64,000 bases of DNA from contig JBBCAX010000084.1 in assembly GCA_051382335.1 (NCBI GenBank), positions 1 to 64,000 of the forward strand. Direction: 5' to 3'. The DNA comes from Deltaproteobacteria bacterium TL4 (GTDB taxonomy: Bacteria > SAR324 > NAC60-12). A program made the position numbers and the translations under genes. The notes below the pieces were generated by a model, which was not told where the DNA came from, did no database searches, and worked only from the letters and a program-made list of their open reading frames with translations. Shown here piece after piece: positions 28,215 to 37,779 of this stretch. How positions within the stretch are numbered: position 1 is the stretch's first letter; each line of letters begins with the position of its first letter.

Positions 28215-29465
28215 CTAATCTATTTCATCGATCGTTGGAAATATGATTTTTACAGTAGTTCCTGTGGGCTGGGATTGCTCCCGTTTCAGGCTTCCGCCGA
28301 GTTGATCAGTCAATACGTTGATCAGTTTTGTACCGAGTGTTGTTGTCTTGTCCGTGTTGAAATCTTCAGGCAAGTCAATGCCATCGTCGCTGATACTTAA
28401 GTCCACTTGCCCTTCTAGATCTTGAACCGCCGTGATCTGGATTTGACCTCGTCGTCCATTGGGAAAAGCGTGTTTGAGTGCTTTGGTAATCAGCTCATTA
28501 AGGATCAATCCGGCAGGAATGGCTTTTCCGATATCCAGTTTGACTCCGGAAGTTTCCACTTTAATCTGGATCTGATTCGGTCGCATGGAATAAGTAGATA
28601 ACAAGCCATCGCTTAACTCCCTGATAAAGTGCTCAAAGTTCACATCACAAAAATTATCGGTCTGGTAAAGTTTTTCATAAACGAGGGCCAACGTATAAAT
28701 GCGATTCTGGCTCTCCTGGAATAATTCCAAATCTTCCGGATGCTTTACATATTTCATTTGCAACTGAAGAATGGAAACCATCATCGCCATATTGTTTTTC
28801 ACCCGATGATGCACTTCTTTCAACAAGACATCTTTTTCTTTGAGGGCTTTCTCAAGTTGTTCTTTTCCCAGTTCGTGTTCTATGATTTTCTGTTCCAGTT
28901 GTTCAGTCTTCTTCTCCAGTTCAAGCGTACGGACTTTGATCTGTTGTTCTATGCTCCTGTTATATTCTTTGAGTTGCTTACAGAGGCGATGACGTTCAAT
29001 GGCATTCTGGATGGTTCGTATTAAGCCGAAACTGGTGATGCCGTTCTCTTTAAACAGGTACTCCTGTGCCCCATGACGCACAGCCTGCAGGGCAAGAAAC
29101 ATATCATCAACCTCTGTATAGATGACGATGGGAAGATCTGTTAATTCAGCGTATTCTTTATTAAAGAACTCAAGCCCCGATTTGTCGGGAAGGATTAGAT
29201 CAAGGATGAGGACATCGAACCCTCCTTTGGTCAGACAGTCCAATCCTGCTGAAAAAGTGGCGGCATGGACCACCTCGAATTTTCTGTGGATTTCCAGGTT
29301 CCCCACAACAGGGGGTTCCGGAAAGGGCGTCTTCAAAGGGTATTGTTGAAGGTCAACAGGAAAAATCATGCTCGTTGCTTCCCGATCACCAAGCATCGCC
29401 TCAACAACCGCCGCACTCATCCGATTATCCTCAATCAGTAAGACTTTTATCTCCAAACTGAACAT
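28215..29465 (-). CDS. REC-HisKA_2 histidine kinase (degenerate ATPase motifs)
   Basis: LILDL receiver, EVHHRVKNN; likely start ATG 29465. Confidence 0.88.
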   Translation of the reverse strand: MFSLEIKVLLIEDNRMSAAVVEAMLGDREATSMIFPVDLQQYPLKTPFPEPPVVGNLEIHRKFEVVHAATFSAGLDCLTKGGFDVLILDLILPDKSGLEFFNKEYAELTDLPIVIYTEVDDMFLALQAVRHGAQEYLFKENGITSFGLIRTIQNAIERHRLCKQLKEYNRSIEQQIKVRTLELEKKTEQLEQKIIEHELGKEQLEKALKEKDVLLKEVHHRVKNNMAMMVSILQLQMKYVKHPEDLELFQESQNRIYTLALVYEKLYQTDNFCDVNFEHFIRELSDGLLSTYSMRPNQIQIKVETSGVKLDIGKAIPAGLILNELITKALKHAFPNGRRGQIQITAVQDLEGQVDLSISDDGIDLPEDFNTDKTTTLGTKLINVLTDQLGGSLKREQSQPTGTTVKIIFPTIDEID

Positions 29466-29758
29466 ATTTTCCTTTTGCCGCACTCTCGGGGGGTTTGCCG
29501 CATGAGGGGTTGCCTGTTTTGCGTCATTTTACCCGCTGCTGAGTATGCTGAACCACAACAACATATATTGCAATGTGAATTAACGGAAAAAAACGGAAAA
29601 AATACAGCACAAACCGAATTCAGCACAATCTTTTGAGGAAATGATGACACAAAACATGCTCTCCCCACCATGTTTGAATGGTGTGAGTGTTCCGTAGCAG
29701 AATTAGAAACGTAAAAGCAAGCCAAAACTAAAGTGTTCCCGCAATCAAGAAACCCCGC

Positions 29759-29992
29759 CTAAAGTCCTTGTCGCCACCAGTTCAGTACCAGGGTTTCTTC
29801 CTTTTGACGGAAGGCGTTTTCGTCAATTTTACCGGTACGAAAGCCTTCTCTTAAATACTGGAGTTTTGCCAAACACTCTTTCGGAGAGTCACAAACGCTC
29901 CAACCTTTGGCTGTTCGTTGCACTAATTCCTGATACTGTTCTTCGGTAACCTGAACCGGATGATCTATAGCGTGAGGCGTTAAATTAATCAT
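29759..29992 (-). CDS. Hypothetical protein (77 aa)
   Basis: Protein-like composition, occupies an intergenic gap; no family recognised. Confidence 0.65.
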   Translation of the reverse strand: MINLTPHAIDHPVQVTEEQYQELVQRTAKGWSVCDSPKECLAKLQYLREGFRTGKIDENAFRQKEETLVLNWWRQGL

Positions 29993-30152
29993 GGGTTGCC
30001 AAATTCTGAGGTTAAAAAAGTTTCAATTTCCACCAAACGCAGACGCATCAATTTGGATTGCTGAAGGGGTAAAATTTCGGATGGCGTTCATTTTCCCTAG
30101 AGTCTGAGGCCGTATGGTTTGTGTGAAGAAGGCGGTTGTGTGAGTTTGTCCT

Positions 30153-30251
30153 TCATCCTTTGTATTTGGGATACTGAGTCAGTGTTTCAGCGTTAAATTG
30201 CTCATGCAGGACAAAATCAATATCTTTTCTATCTGCAATCACCTGGGCCAT
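30153..30251 (-). pseudogene. Truncated N-terminus of an acyl-CoA dehydrogenase
   Basis: GGAGG RBS, then MAQVIADRKDIDFVLHEQFNAETLTQYPKYKG*, resembling the N-terminus of long-form ACADs. Confidence 0.7.
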
Positions 30252-30371
30252 ATTTCCTCCATAAAGCAAGATGTTGGGTCATTCTTCTCTTGATTTGGAG
30301 ACAGGTTTTCAATTTTACTGTTGATATCGTATTTCATGGTTCTTAAGTGAGGACGGTGGTGATTACCAAGC

Positions 30372-30445
30372 CGCGGATTTTCGCGGATAAACGCAGATAA
30401 AGAAGTGTTTTTAAAAACATCTGCGTTCGTCTGCGTTCATCTGCG
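30372..30445. repeat. Inverted array of 10-bp repeats (CGCRGATWWW x3 / RTCTGCGTTC x3)
   Basis: Directly visible; related half-element at 37599-37627. Confidence 0.75.
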
Positions 30446-30487
30446 CCAAGAGAGAGGTCCCTTCGAAAAGGCGTGTTAGCTGTGAAT

Positions 30488-31987
30488 TTACGAGGCGTCA
30501 TTCATCCAGCCTTGAGAACGTTCCACGGCGCGCTTCCAACCCTTTTTCAAAGCTGCCATTTCCTCTTTCGCGCGACCGGGAGTAAACCGTCGATTTTCCT
30601 TCCACATGGCCTGAATGGCCTCTTGATTTTCCCACACGCCTGTGGCTAATCCCGCTAAAAACGCGGCCCCCATGGCTGTGGTTTCAATCACGTCGGGCCG
30701 ACTGACTTCTGTGCCTAACAGATCCGCTTGGAATTGACATAAGAAGTTATTGGCTGTTGCGCCACCATCAACTCGTAAGGATTGAATTTGGATATTCGTA
30801 TCACTCTCCATGCTATTGAGGAGATCCGCAGACTGAAACGCAATGGCTTCCAACCCTGCCCGAACAATATGATTTTTATGGGTATCCCGTGTTAATCCGA
30901 CAATGGTTCCCCGAGCATAAGGATCCCAGTAGGGCGCACCCAGTCCGACAAAAGCAGGCACAATATAAACCCCACCACTCGAAGAAACCTCGTTGGCCAT
31001 CGCTTCAGTTTCCATCACGTTCTGAAAAAGCTGTAATCCGTCCCGGAGCCATTGCATGAGAGCGCCTCCAATAAAAACGGACCCTTCCAAGGCGTAAGTG
31101 GTTTCCTGCTTGATTTGCCAGGCGACGGTTGTTACTAAGCCATGCTCGGAAAAAAGTAATTTTTTCCCGGTATTCATCAACATAAAACACCCGGTCCCAT
31201 AGGTATTTTTGGCCATTCCCGGCTCAAAACAGGCTTGCCCAAACAGAGACGCTTGCTGATCTCCCGCAATCCCCGCGATGGGAATGGGTTTTCCTAAGAT
31301 GGAAGGCCTGGTTTCTCCAATAACACCAGAGGAGGGAACCACTTTGGGCAGGGTCGTTCGAGGAATTTCCAGTTTTTGCAACAATTCATCATCCCAATCC
31401 AGGGTTTCGATATTGAAAAGCAACGTTCTCGAAGCATTGGTAACATCGGTCGCATGTAAGGCTCCGCCTGTGAGTTTCCAAATCAACCAGCAATCCACGG
31501 TACCAAATAACAATTGGCCGGCCTTTGCTAATTTTTGGGCTTCAGGCACTTCTTTCAAGATCCAACGCATTTTGGTTCCAGAAAAATAAGCATCGGTGAC
31601 TAAACCTGTTTTACGCTTAATCACTTGATCAAAACCTTCCGCTTTCAATTGATCACAGTATTCCGCGGTTCTGCGACATTGCCAAACAATCGCGTTATAA
31701 ACAGGAACGCCTGTCTCTTTGTTCCACGCAATTATGGTTTCCCGTTGGTTGGTTATGCCAATCCCCGCAAGATCGTTAATGCCAATCTTCGCTTGACGTA
31801 ATACGCTCTCCATCGTCTGTCGCTGAGTCTTCCAGAGTTCTTCCGGATTTTGTTCAACCCAACCGGATTTGGGGTAATAACACTGAAAAGGAACACTTTT
31901 GGAAGCCAGAACCGCGCCTTGTTCATCAAAAATAATGGTTCTTGAACTGGTCGTCCCTTGGTCTAAGGCCATGACATATTTAGACAT
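30488..31987 (-). CDS. glpK: Glycerol kinase
   Basis: DQGTTSSR, NQRET, YFSGTK, GDQQA; start ATG 31987. Confidence 0.98.
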   Translation of the reverse strand: MSKYVMALDQGTTSSRTIIFDEQGAVLASKSVPFQCYYPKSGWVEQNPEELWKTQRQTMESVLRQAKIGINDLAGIGITNQRETIIAWNKETGVPVYNAIVWQCRRTAEYCDQLKAEGFDQVIKRKTGLVTDAYFSGTKMRWILKEVPEAQKLAKAGQLLFGTVDCWLIWKLTGGALHATDVTNASRTLLFNIETLDWDDELLQKLEIPRTTLPKVVPSSGVIGETRPSILGKPIPIAGIAGDQQASLFGQACFEPGMAKNTYGTGCFMLMNTGKKLLFSEHGLVTTVAWQIKQETTYALEGSVFIGGALMQWLRDGLQLFQNVMETEAMANEVSSSGGVYIVPAFVGLGAPYWDPYARGTIVGLTRDTHKNHIVRAGLEAIAFQSADLLNSMESDTNIQIQSLRVDGGATANNFLCQFQADLLGTEVSRPDVIETTAMGAAFLAGLATGVWENQEAIQAMWKENRRFTPGRAKEEMAALKKGWKRAVERSQGWMNDAS

Positions 31988-32301
31988 ACAATACCCTTTG
32001 CTATAATTTCGTGTAAAAAAACACACCCGCTTCTGTGAAAAGAGGGTACGCTTCTCTCTGCTTATAGTGATTGATCTACACCAGATGTTATCTCAATTTT
32101 CATACTCTTAACCACCCTCCCTCTTTTTCAAGTAGAATCAGGATCAAAGAGCAACCATCTCTGATTCAGAATTGGCTTATTCTCTGGAGAGAGTATCCCT
32201 GTTAGGGGAATACTTTCAAGGAAAATTATCAGGGCAATGAAAACATTTATTCAGTGGTCTTGGACCCGATTTTCGTCTCATAGAAACCGGACTGGCAGGA
32301 T

Positions 32302-34233
32302 CTAACAGTAGGAATGGGGACTCGCGCTTTGTGATTCCAAAGACGCTAACGCGGCTTCAAGGGTCTCTAACACATCATCATCGTTCTCTAAGGCATAGAG
32401 TTTGTTCAACTCTTCAAAAACTTTTTCACCACCAATATTTTTTAGCGCTTCAATGGCGGCAAGTTTCAGATACGTGTCTGAGCTTTCCAGGTAGGGGCTG
32501 AGATCAGGGATGGATTCTTTGCTCCCAATAGTGCCCAGAGCCTCAATCGTTTCATAAACATAGCGAGGGTGAGTGGCTTTCTTCAGAAACGTGGCCAAAT
32601 AGCGCTGACTCGTTGCGCCATTGAACGTCGCAAAAGCTTGGATCGCAGAGATAACGACATTTTCGTTGGGGTCTTCCAAGCACGAAACAATCATCTCTTC
32701 CGCTTTACCCGGGCGACGGTTAACGATCCCTTTGAGGGAAATTTTGCGAATCTTCCAATCGGGGTCTTTCAAGCCTTTTAAAAACTCTTCCTCAAGCTTT
32801 TGAGGGTCATGATCACTAAAATACCGGAACGCCAGCATTCTTTCATCTTGATCAAAAGAGTCCAGGAAAGGATGGATCTTCGATTCCATATCCTCTGACG
32901 CGAGAACAACAAAGGCTTCATCCGCAGCAGTGCGAGTCTCTTCATTTTTGCTGTGCAGGACGTGAATCACATCATCAATCAACTCATGAAGATTCAGATC
33001 TTGCACCGCTTTTAGCGCATGGATCACAATTTCACTGATAGGCGATTGCAGCATTTGTTTGATGCATAGCTTTGTCGATTCGTTGATTGGCGCAATTAAA
33101 GAATCCAGGGCGACACGTTGTAAGGTTAAATGCTCATGGGTCAAAAACCGGACCACCTCCACTTGTCCCTGAGCACTTTTTAATTGCCCTAAGGTATCAA
33201 GGGCATTGGCAAGCGCTGTCATTGGAGCCTCAGGATCTTTTAGAATAGCGACAAGCGGCTGGATGTCTCCAGGCTGTAACGCCACTACGGAAGACAACGC
33301 AACTCGACGAATCTCGCTGTCTTTATCATAATAGAGCAAGGCCAGAATGGGTAAAGCGCTGGGGTACTTCAGCTTGCCTATCAATCGAATCGCATTAAGC
33401 CGAATACCAAAGTCACCCTTGAGGGCCGCATTGTACAAGGGATCCAACGAAATATCGCAAAGATAGGGTTCGAGTTGAACGTCCTGGTTATGAGCAACGA
33501 TGGATTCCAGCGCAATAATACTTTCTCCTCCAAAGAGCTTCGGTTGATTTTTAAGTAAATCCAGGAGGATTTCAATACTTTCCAAATGCCCGATTTTGCC
33601 TAAGGCCTGAATTGCAGAAAGAATCACCACAGGATCCCGGTCAACCTCGATTTGCTGATGAATACTTTTCCGTGCTCGCTCAGTGCCGATTTCGCCCAAG
33701 GCTCTCAAACAGGCGCCTTTCATCCAAGGCGCGTCGTGAAGGTGTTCCAAGATCGCGGGGACAACACTTTCATCACCAAGCCGCCCAATGGCTTCTGCGG
33801 CTACAGAAGAAATATTGACATCAGGATCATCCAAGGCTTTGAGGAGATAAGGAACACATTGGGGGAGATTAATGCGGTCCAGGATATCTACCGCAAATTT
33901 ACGAACATCATGATCCTCATCTTCCAGGACGAAGGTCAGCGGTTGAATGCTGGACTCCTCTAACTGAGACATGATTTCAACAGCGTAAATCCTCAAAGAC
34001 GGAATTTCACTGGAGAGCAGAGGGACGAGGGATTCAGCGACTTTTGTGGTGCCAATCATGATTAAAGACTCGGCGGCTGTCTCAGAAACCGCACGCGAAG
34101 AATCATTGAGCATTGAGATTAAGGGTTGAATCACCGCTTCGGATTCACAATAACCCAAGTCTTCTGACGCATTCCTGCGAATTTCAACGTCCGCACTGTT
34201 TAAGTCATTAATCAGTGTACTAATCTCTTCCAT
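32302..34233 (-). CDS. HEAT-repeat (PBS lyase-like) solenoid protein
   Basis: Repeated L.D....VR..A..ALG.IG units along the whole length; likely start ATG 34233. Confidence 0.88.
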   Translation of the reverse strand: MEEISTLINDLNSADVEIRRNASEDLGYCESEAVIQPLISMLNDSSRAVSETAAESLIMIGTTKVAESLVPLLSSEIPSLRIYAVEIMSQLEESSIQPLTFVLEDEDHDVRKFAVDILDRINLPQCVPYLLKALDDPDVNISSVAAEAIGRLGDESVVPAILEHLHDAPWMKGACLRALGEIGTERARKSIHQQIEVDRDPVVILSAIQALGKIGHLESIEILLDLLKNQPKLFGGESIIALESIVAHNQDVQLEPYLCDISLDPLYNAALKGDFGIRLNAIRLIGKLKYPSALPILALLYYDKDSEIRRVALSSVVALQPGDIQPLVAILKDPEAPMTALANALDTLGQLKSAQGQVEVVRFLTHEHLTLQRVALDSLIAPINESTKLCIKQMLQSPISEIVIHALKAVQDLNLHELIDDVIHVLHSKNEETRTAADEAFVVLASEDMESKIHPFLDSFDQDERMLAFRYFSDHDPQKLEEEFLKGLKDPDWKIRKISLKGIVNRRPGKAEEMIVSCLEDPNENVVISAIQAFATFNGATSQRYLATFLKKATHPRYVYETIEALGTIGSKESIPDLSPYLESSDTYLKLAAIEALKNIGGEKVFEELNKLYALENDDDVLETLEAALASLESQSASPHSYC

Positions 34234-34386
34234 CACCCTCTTCAGTTTTAGCGTGTTGTGAATCCCCATCGGGGGTACGGAGAAACGGGACAGGCCGCCT
34301 CTTGTCACTCTCTGTTATAACACTACAAAAGCCGGGAGAACAAGAGGTTCATGCAGGTCTGCCCTTTTTTATTCGACGAGCAATCA

Positions 34387-35523
34387 TCACCCGTATAAAA
34401 TTCCTTGCTGTTTAAAATGCTTCAGCGTTGTTTTATCCCTAAGGTCTCCTGGCTTTAAGATGATAGCATCCGTGCTGATTTTTCCAGCTTCACTCAGGAT
34501 CGTACCGCCAACAGCCAAACGGTAGGACGGAATAACCGGAAGAAGAAAGGTATCCTCTCCCACCTTGCAGCGGTAGGGAGGGATGAGTTCATGGGTTCCA
34601 GAGTCATAGACCTTCTTGCCGGAGGCCATCACAACACCACTAGCAAGAACAGCGCCTTCCTCAATTAGGCCGGAAATTTCACACATTGCGCCGATTTTGA
34701 CGTGATCTTCAACAATTGAGGGCAATCGGCCCGCGGGTTCCAAAATGCCTTCGATTCCGGAACCTGCGCCGAATTTTACATTCTTACCAATCTGTGCGCA
34801 GGAAGCGACCCGGGAACCGCCGTCAATCATGACGCCTTCTCCCGCAATATAAGCGCCAATATTCACAAAGGCCAGGTTCATGATTACGGTTTGAGGGCCG
34901 ATATAAGCTCCCGTTCTTACAATGGATCCTGGCGCATAGCGGACACCCCCCTGAATAAAATCGTCATCGGTATAGTTTGCGATTTTGAGCGGAATCTTAT
35001 CCCAGTAATGCCTCTCCAAACGTTGATTGGTGTGTGTGCCAAAATAATTCAGAATCCCGTTAATCACATAAGTTTGAGGCTGCCAGATGCCCTTTATTTT
35101 TTCTGCGGACCGGACCAAACCCTGATTCAAAAGCTCAATAAACACGTCACACTCTTCGGTTGAGGCCTTCCGTTGTGCCACCTTTTCCAGCAACTGAGCT
35201 GTGGAACAGCTCACTTTTTGAATACGAAGTTCTTCATTCGAATTTAAGGCTAAAAGCAGACTCAAATTGGGATGATTTTCAGGATTTACTCTGGCGTCTT
35301 CAACTTTTTCCGCAAACAGTCTCAACCCTTCTTTTGCTTCCTGGAAACTAAGGGTCCCCTGAGTGGTAGTGATCGCATTATAGATCCGGAGAGCGCCCTG
35401 AGTTCCTGGTAAATTGGGCATAAGGGCTAATAATTTGCCTTGGGCGTTCAGGACACGAATCAGAACAAGTTGACGGATATCGGGCAAGGCGTTTAGATTT
35501 TCTTCAAAAGTGCTCATGGTCAT
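34387..35523 (-). CDS. dapD: DUF2322-like domain fused to tetrahydrodipicolinate N-succinyltransferase (DapD)
   Basis: C-terminal YWDKIP, VNIGAY, SCAQIGKNV, GILEP; N-terminal ~100 aa FEENL..LP...PG..GAL.IY...GL.LFAE...DA..NP..HPN. Confidence 0.8.
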   Translation of the reverse strand: MTMSTFEENLNALPDIRQLVLIRVLNAQGKLLALMPNLPGTQGALRIYNAITTTQGTLSFQEAKEGLRLFAEKVEDARVNPENHPNLSLLLALNSNEELRIQKVSCSTAQLLEKVAQRKASTEECDVFIELLNQGLVRSAEKIKGIWQPQTYVINGILNYFGTHTNQRLERHYWDKIPLKIANYTDDDFIQGGVRYAPGSIVRTGAYIGPQTVIMNLAFVNIGAYIAGEGVMIDGGSRVASCAQIGKNVKFGAGSGIEGILEPAGRLPSIVEDHVKIGAMCEISGLIEEGAVLASGVVMASGKKVYDSGTHELIPPYRCKVGEDTFLLPVIPSYRLAVGGTILSEAGKISTDAIILKPGDLRDKTTLKHFKQQGILYG

Positions 35524-35526
35524 CCT

Positions 35527-36897
35527 TTAAAAATGTTTTAATGCGGGTTTTCCTATGGGAAATACATTAAACCCAATTTTAAACAGTTTTTGATGATCCA
35601 GAAAATTGCGTCCATCAAAAATAAACGCGGGTTTCGTCATCAACCTGAATATTTTATCGAAATCCAGTTGAAGGTATTCTTGCCATTGGGTCACCAAGGC
35701 AATGGCATGAGCTCCTTCAACCGCTTTGTAGGGATCTTCTTCAAAGACGATATCACCCGGCATCCCCTTCAAATCCTGTTTCGCATTTTCCAAGGCTTTA
35801 GGGTCGTGTACCGAAACGCGGGCTCTTTCTTCCAATAACTTCAGGCAGACAGGAATTGCCGGCGAGTCTCTAGTATCTCCAGTATCAGGTTTGAAGGCAA
35901 AGCCTAACACCGCGATTTTTTTATTGGCCAGGGTATTGAACATATTATTCAGGATGCCTTTGAAAAAGCGGTTAGTCTGGTAGTCATTCATGGTAACCAC
36001 ACTTTCCCAATAAGCGGCAACTTCAGGGAGTCCGTAAAATTCAGATAAATAGGCTAGGTGCAGAATATCTTTTCGAAAACAAGATCCGCCGAAACCCACG
36101 CTTGTTTGTAAAAAACGGGATCCAATTCGTTTATCCATCCCAACAGCACGACTGACTTCATCCACATCCGCTTCTGTTTTTTCACAAAGCGCGGAGATGC
36201 TGTTGATGGAGGAAATTCGTTGCGCCAGCATGGCGTTAGCGACCAGTTTTGAAAGCTCACTACTCCAGACATTCGTCAAAAGGATTCTGTCCCTAGGGAC
36301 CCAATGCGCATAGACGTTGGCTAATAGTTCACAGGCCTTACGTCCAGGCGCATTATCTCTGCCACCAATCAATACCCGGTCAGGTTGCTCCAAATCGGGG
36401 ATGGCGGTACCTTCAGCCAAAAATTCAGGATTTGAAAGAACCTCAAATTTTCGATTCCCGTCTCCAGAATGTAAAATTCTGGCCATTGCTGCCGCCGCAC
36501 GAACGGGGAGTGTGCTCTTTTCAACAATAATGACTTCGGGTTTTTGAGTATGTTCTAAAATAGCACGGGCCGTTTGCTCCCAAAATTGTAAATCCGCACC
36601 ACGTCCCGCGGCTTCACCAAAGGTTTTCGTGGGGGTATTCGTTGCCACAAAAATAAGATCCGCATCCTTCAAATTACCAGAGATATCGGTACTGAAAAAC
36701 AGATTCCGTCCTCTCGACGCTTGTACAACTTCCGCGAGACCGGGTTCATAAATAGGCAAATTATCGGAATTCCAACGGGCAATCCGCTCTGGATTGATGT
36801 CCACGACCGTAATCTTTAATTCTTCACAATATTTGGCAATTATGGCCATCGTTGGTCCACCAACATAACCCGCGCCAATACAAACAATATTTTTCAT
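35527..36897 (-). CDS. ugd: UDP-glucose 6-dehydrogenase
   Basis: IGAGYVGGPT, EKST, NPEFLAEG, GFGGSCF; start ATG 36897. Confidence 0.96.
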   Translation of the reverse strand: MKNIVCIGAGYVGGPTMAIIAKYCEELKITVVDINPERIARWNSDNLPIYEPGLAEVVQASRGRNLFFSTDISGNLKDADLIFVATNTPTKTFGEAAGRGADLQFWEQTARAILEHTQKPEVIIVEKSTLPVRAAAAMARILHSGDGNRKFEVLSNPEFLAEGTAIPDLEQPDRVLIGGRDNAPGRKACELLANVYAHWVPRDRILLTNVWSSELSKLVANAMLAQRISSINSISALCEKTEADVDEVSRAVGMDKRIGSRFLQTSVGFGGSCFRKDILHLAYLSEFYGLPEVAAYWESVVTMNDYQTNRFFKGILNNMFNTLANKKIAVLGFAFKPDTGDTRDSPAIPVCLKLLEERARVSVHDPKALENAKQDLKGMPGDIVFEEDPYKAVEGAHAIALVTQWQEYLQLDFDKIFRLMTKPAFIFDGRNFLDHQKLFKIGFNVFPIGKPALKHF

Positions 36898-37030
36898 AAC
36901 TCCTATTTTTTTATGGAATAACATCCCCTTTCAGGGATGAGGTTGTCGCTGAGTTGATGGGTTTTGAAACCCGCTTGATAAAAAACTTCGAGCTACTCAA
37001 TAGCTTACAATATTACCTGTAACACATCAC

Positions 37031-37333
37031 CTATGCCTTTTTCCCAATCCACACTAAATCTCCTTTTTTGACGATTTTTAAAGTTTCAAGCAGTTCGGGA
37101 ATAAGGGGTTGTAAATCCTTGGCTCTTGTACCATGATCCGCAAGCACAATAATGGAGATGTTCATCTTTTGAAGGTTCTGCTGGAAAGTCAAGTTACGAT
37201 CAACGGTAATAAAAACATCAAACTCTTTCTCCGCCAGTTTTGAGTAATTGGCCATTCTTAATGCCAGCCCATCCTTGCTTTGGAACAGTGATCACTTCAT
37301 AGGCTATTAAATCTTTGCAAGCAAAAGCCTCAT
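37031..37333 (-). pseudogene. Frameshifted DUF5615/PIN-like (VapC45-type) toxin
   Basis: MRLLL (ATGA overlap with DUF433 stop); shifted frame KDLIAYEVITVPKQGWAGIKNGQLLK; shift back to LAEKEFDVFITVDRNL. Confidence 0.8.
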
Positions 37334-37563
37334 GCAACCATCCCAACGACGGATTTTTCGGCTAGTTGGAGAACGGTGACAGCTTGTCCTTGAGAAACTG
37401 TAGGAAACGCATCCAGAAATTCATTTAATGGATCACCAGCTTCAATGAAATCAAAAAGATTTTGGATTGGCACACGAGTGCCTCTAAAACAGGGCGTTCC
37501 CCCCATAATCTCCGGATCAACCTGGATAATACTACTGGGATCAACCAATTTTTCAGTTTTCAT
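37330..37563 (-). CDS. DUF433-family antitoxin
   Basis: DPEIMGGTPCFRGTRVP...EFLDAFP. Confidence 0.93.
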   Translation of the reverse strand: MKTEKLVDPSSIIQVDPEIMGGTPCFRGTRVPIQNLFDFIEAGDPLNEFLDAFPTVSQGQAVTVLQLAEKSVVGMVA

Positions 37564-37779
37564 GATAGCTCTCGTCGTGAAGTTTTTTTAAAATCGCTCA
37601 CGGATTTACACGGATAAACGGGATAAAAAATGAGTTCAAATGTAACCTGTTTTTAATATTACAGGATTACCAGAGATTAGGCAAACCAGAACCATGCTGT
37701 TGTCCTCAAAGAGAAACACGTCTCGTGAACGTTGCTGTAAAAGCTCAACAACAGCGATGGCCGCCCATAACTTCCTCAA

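Noticed and set aside
29447..29725. 92-aa minus-strand ORF
   Set aside because: Odd Cys/Phe-rich composition in a probable promoter region; no RBS
32030..32135. Inverted repeat GAAAAGAGGG/CCCTCTTTT in the glpK leader as an attenuator
   Set aside because: Low-complexity arms ~70 nt apart; no GlpP-like gene seen
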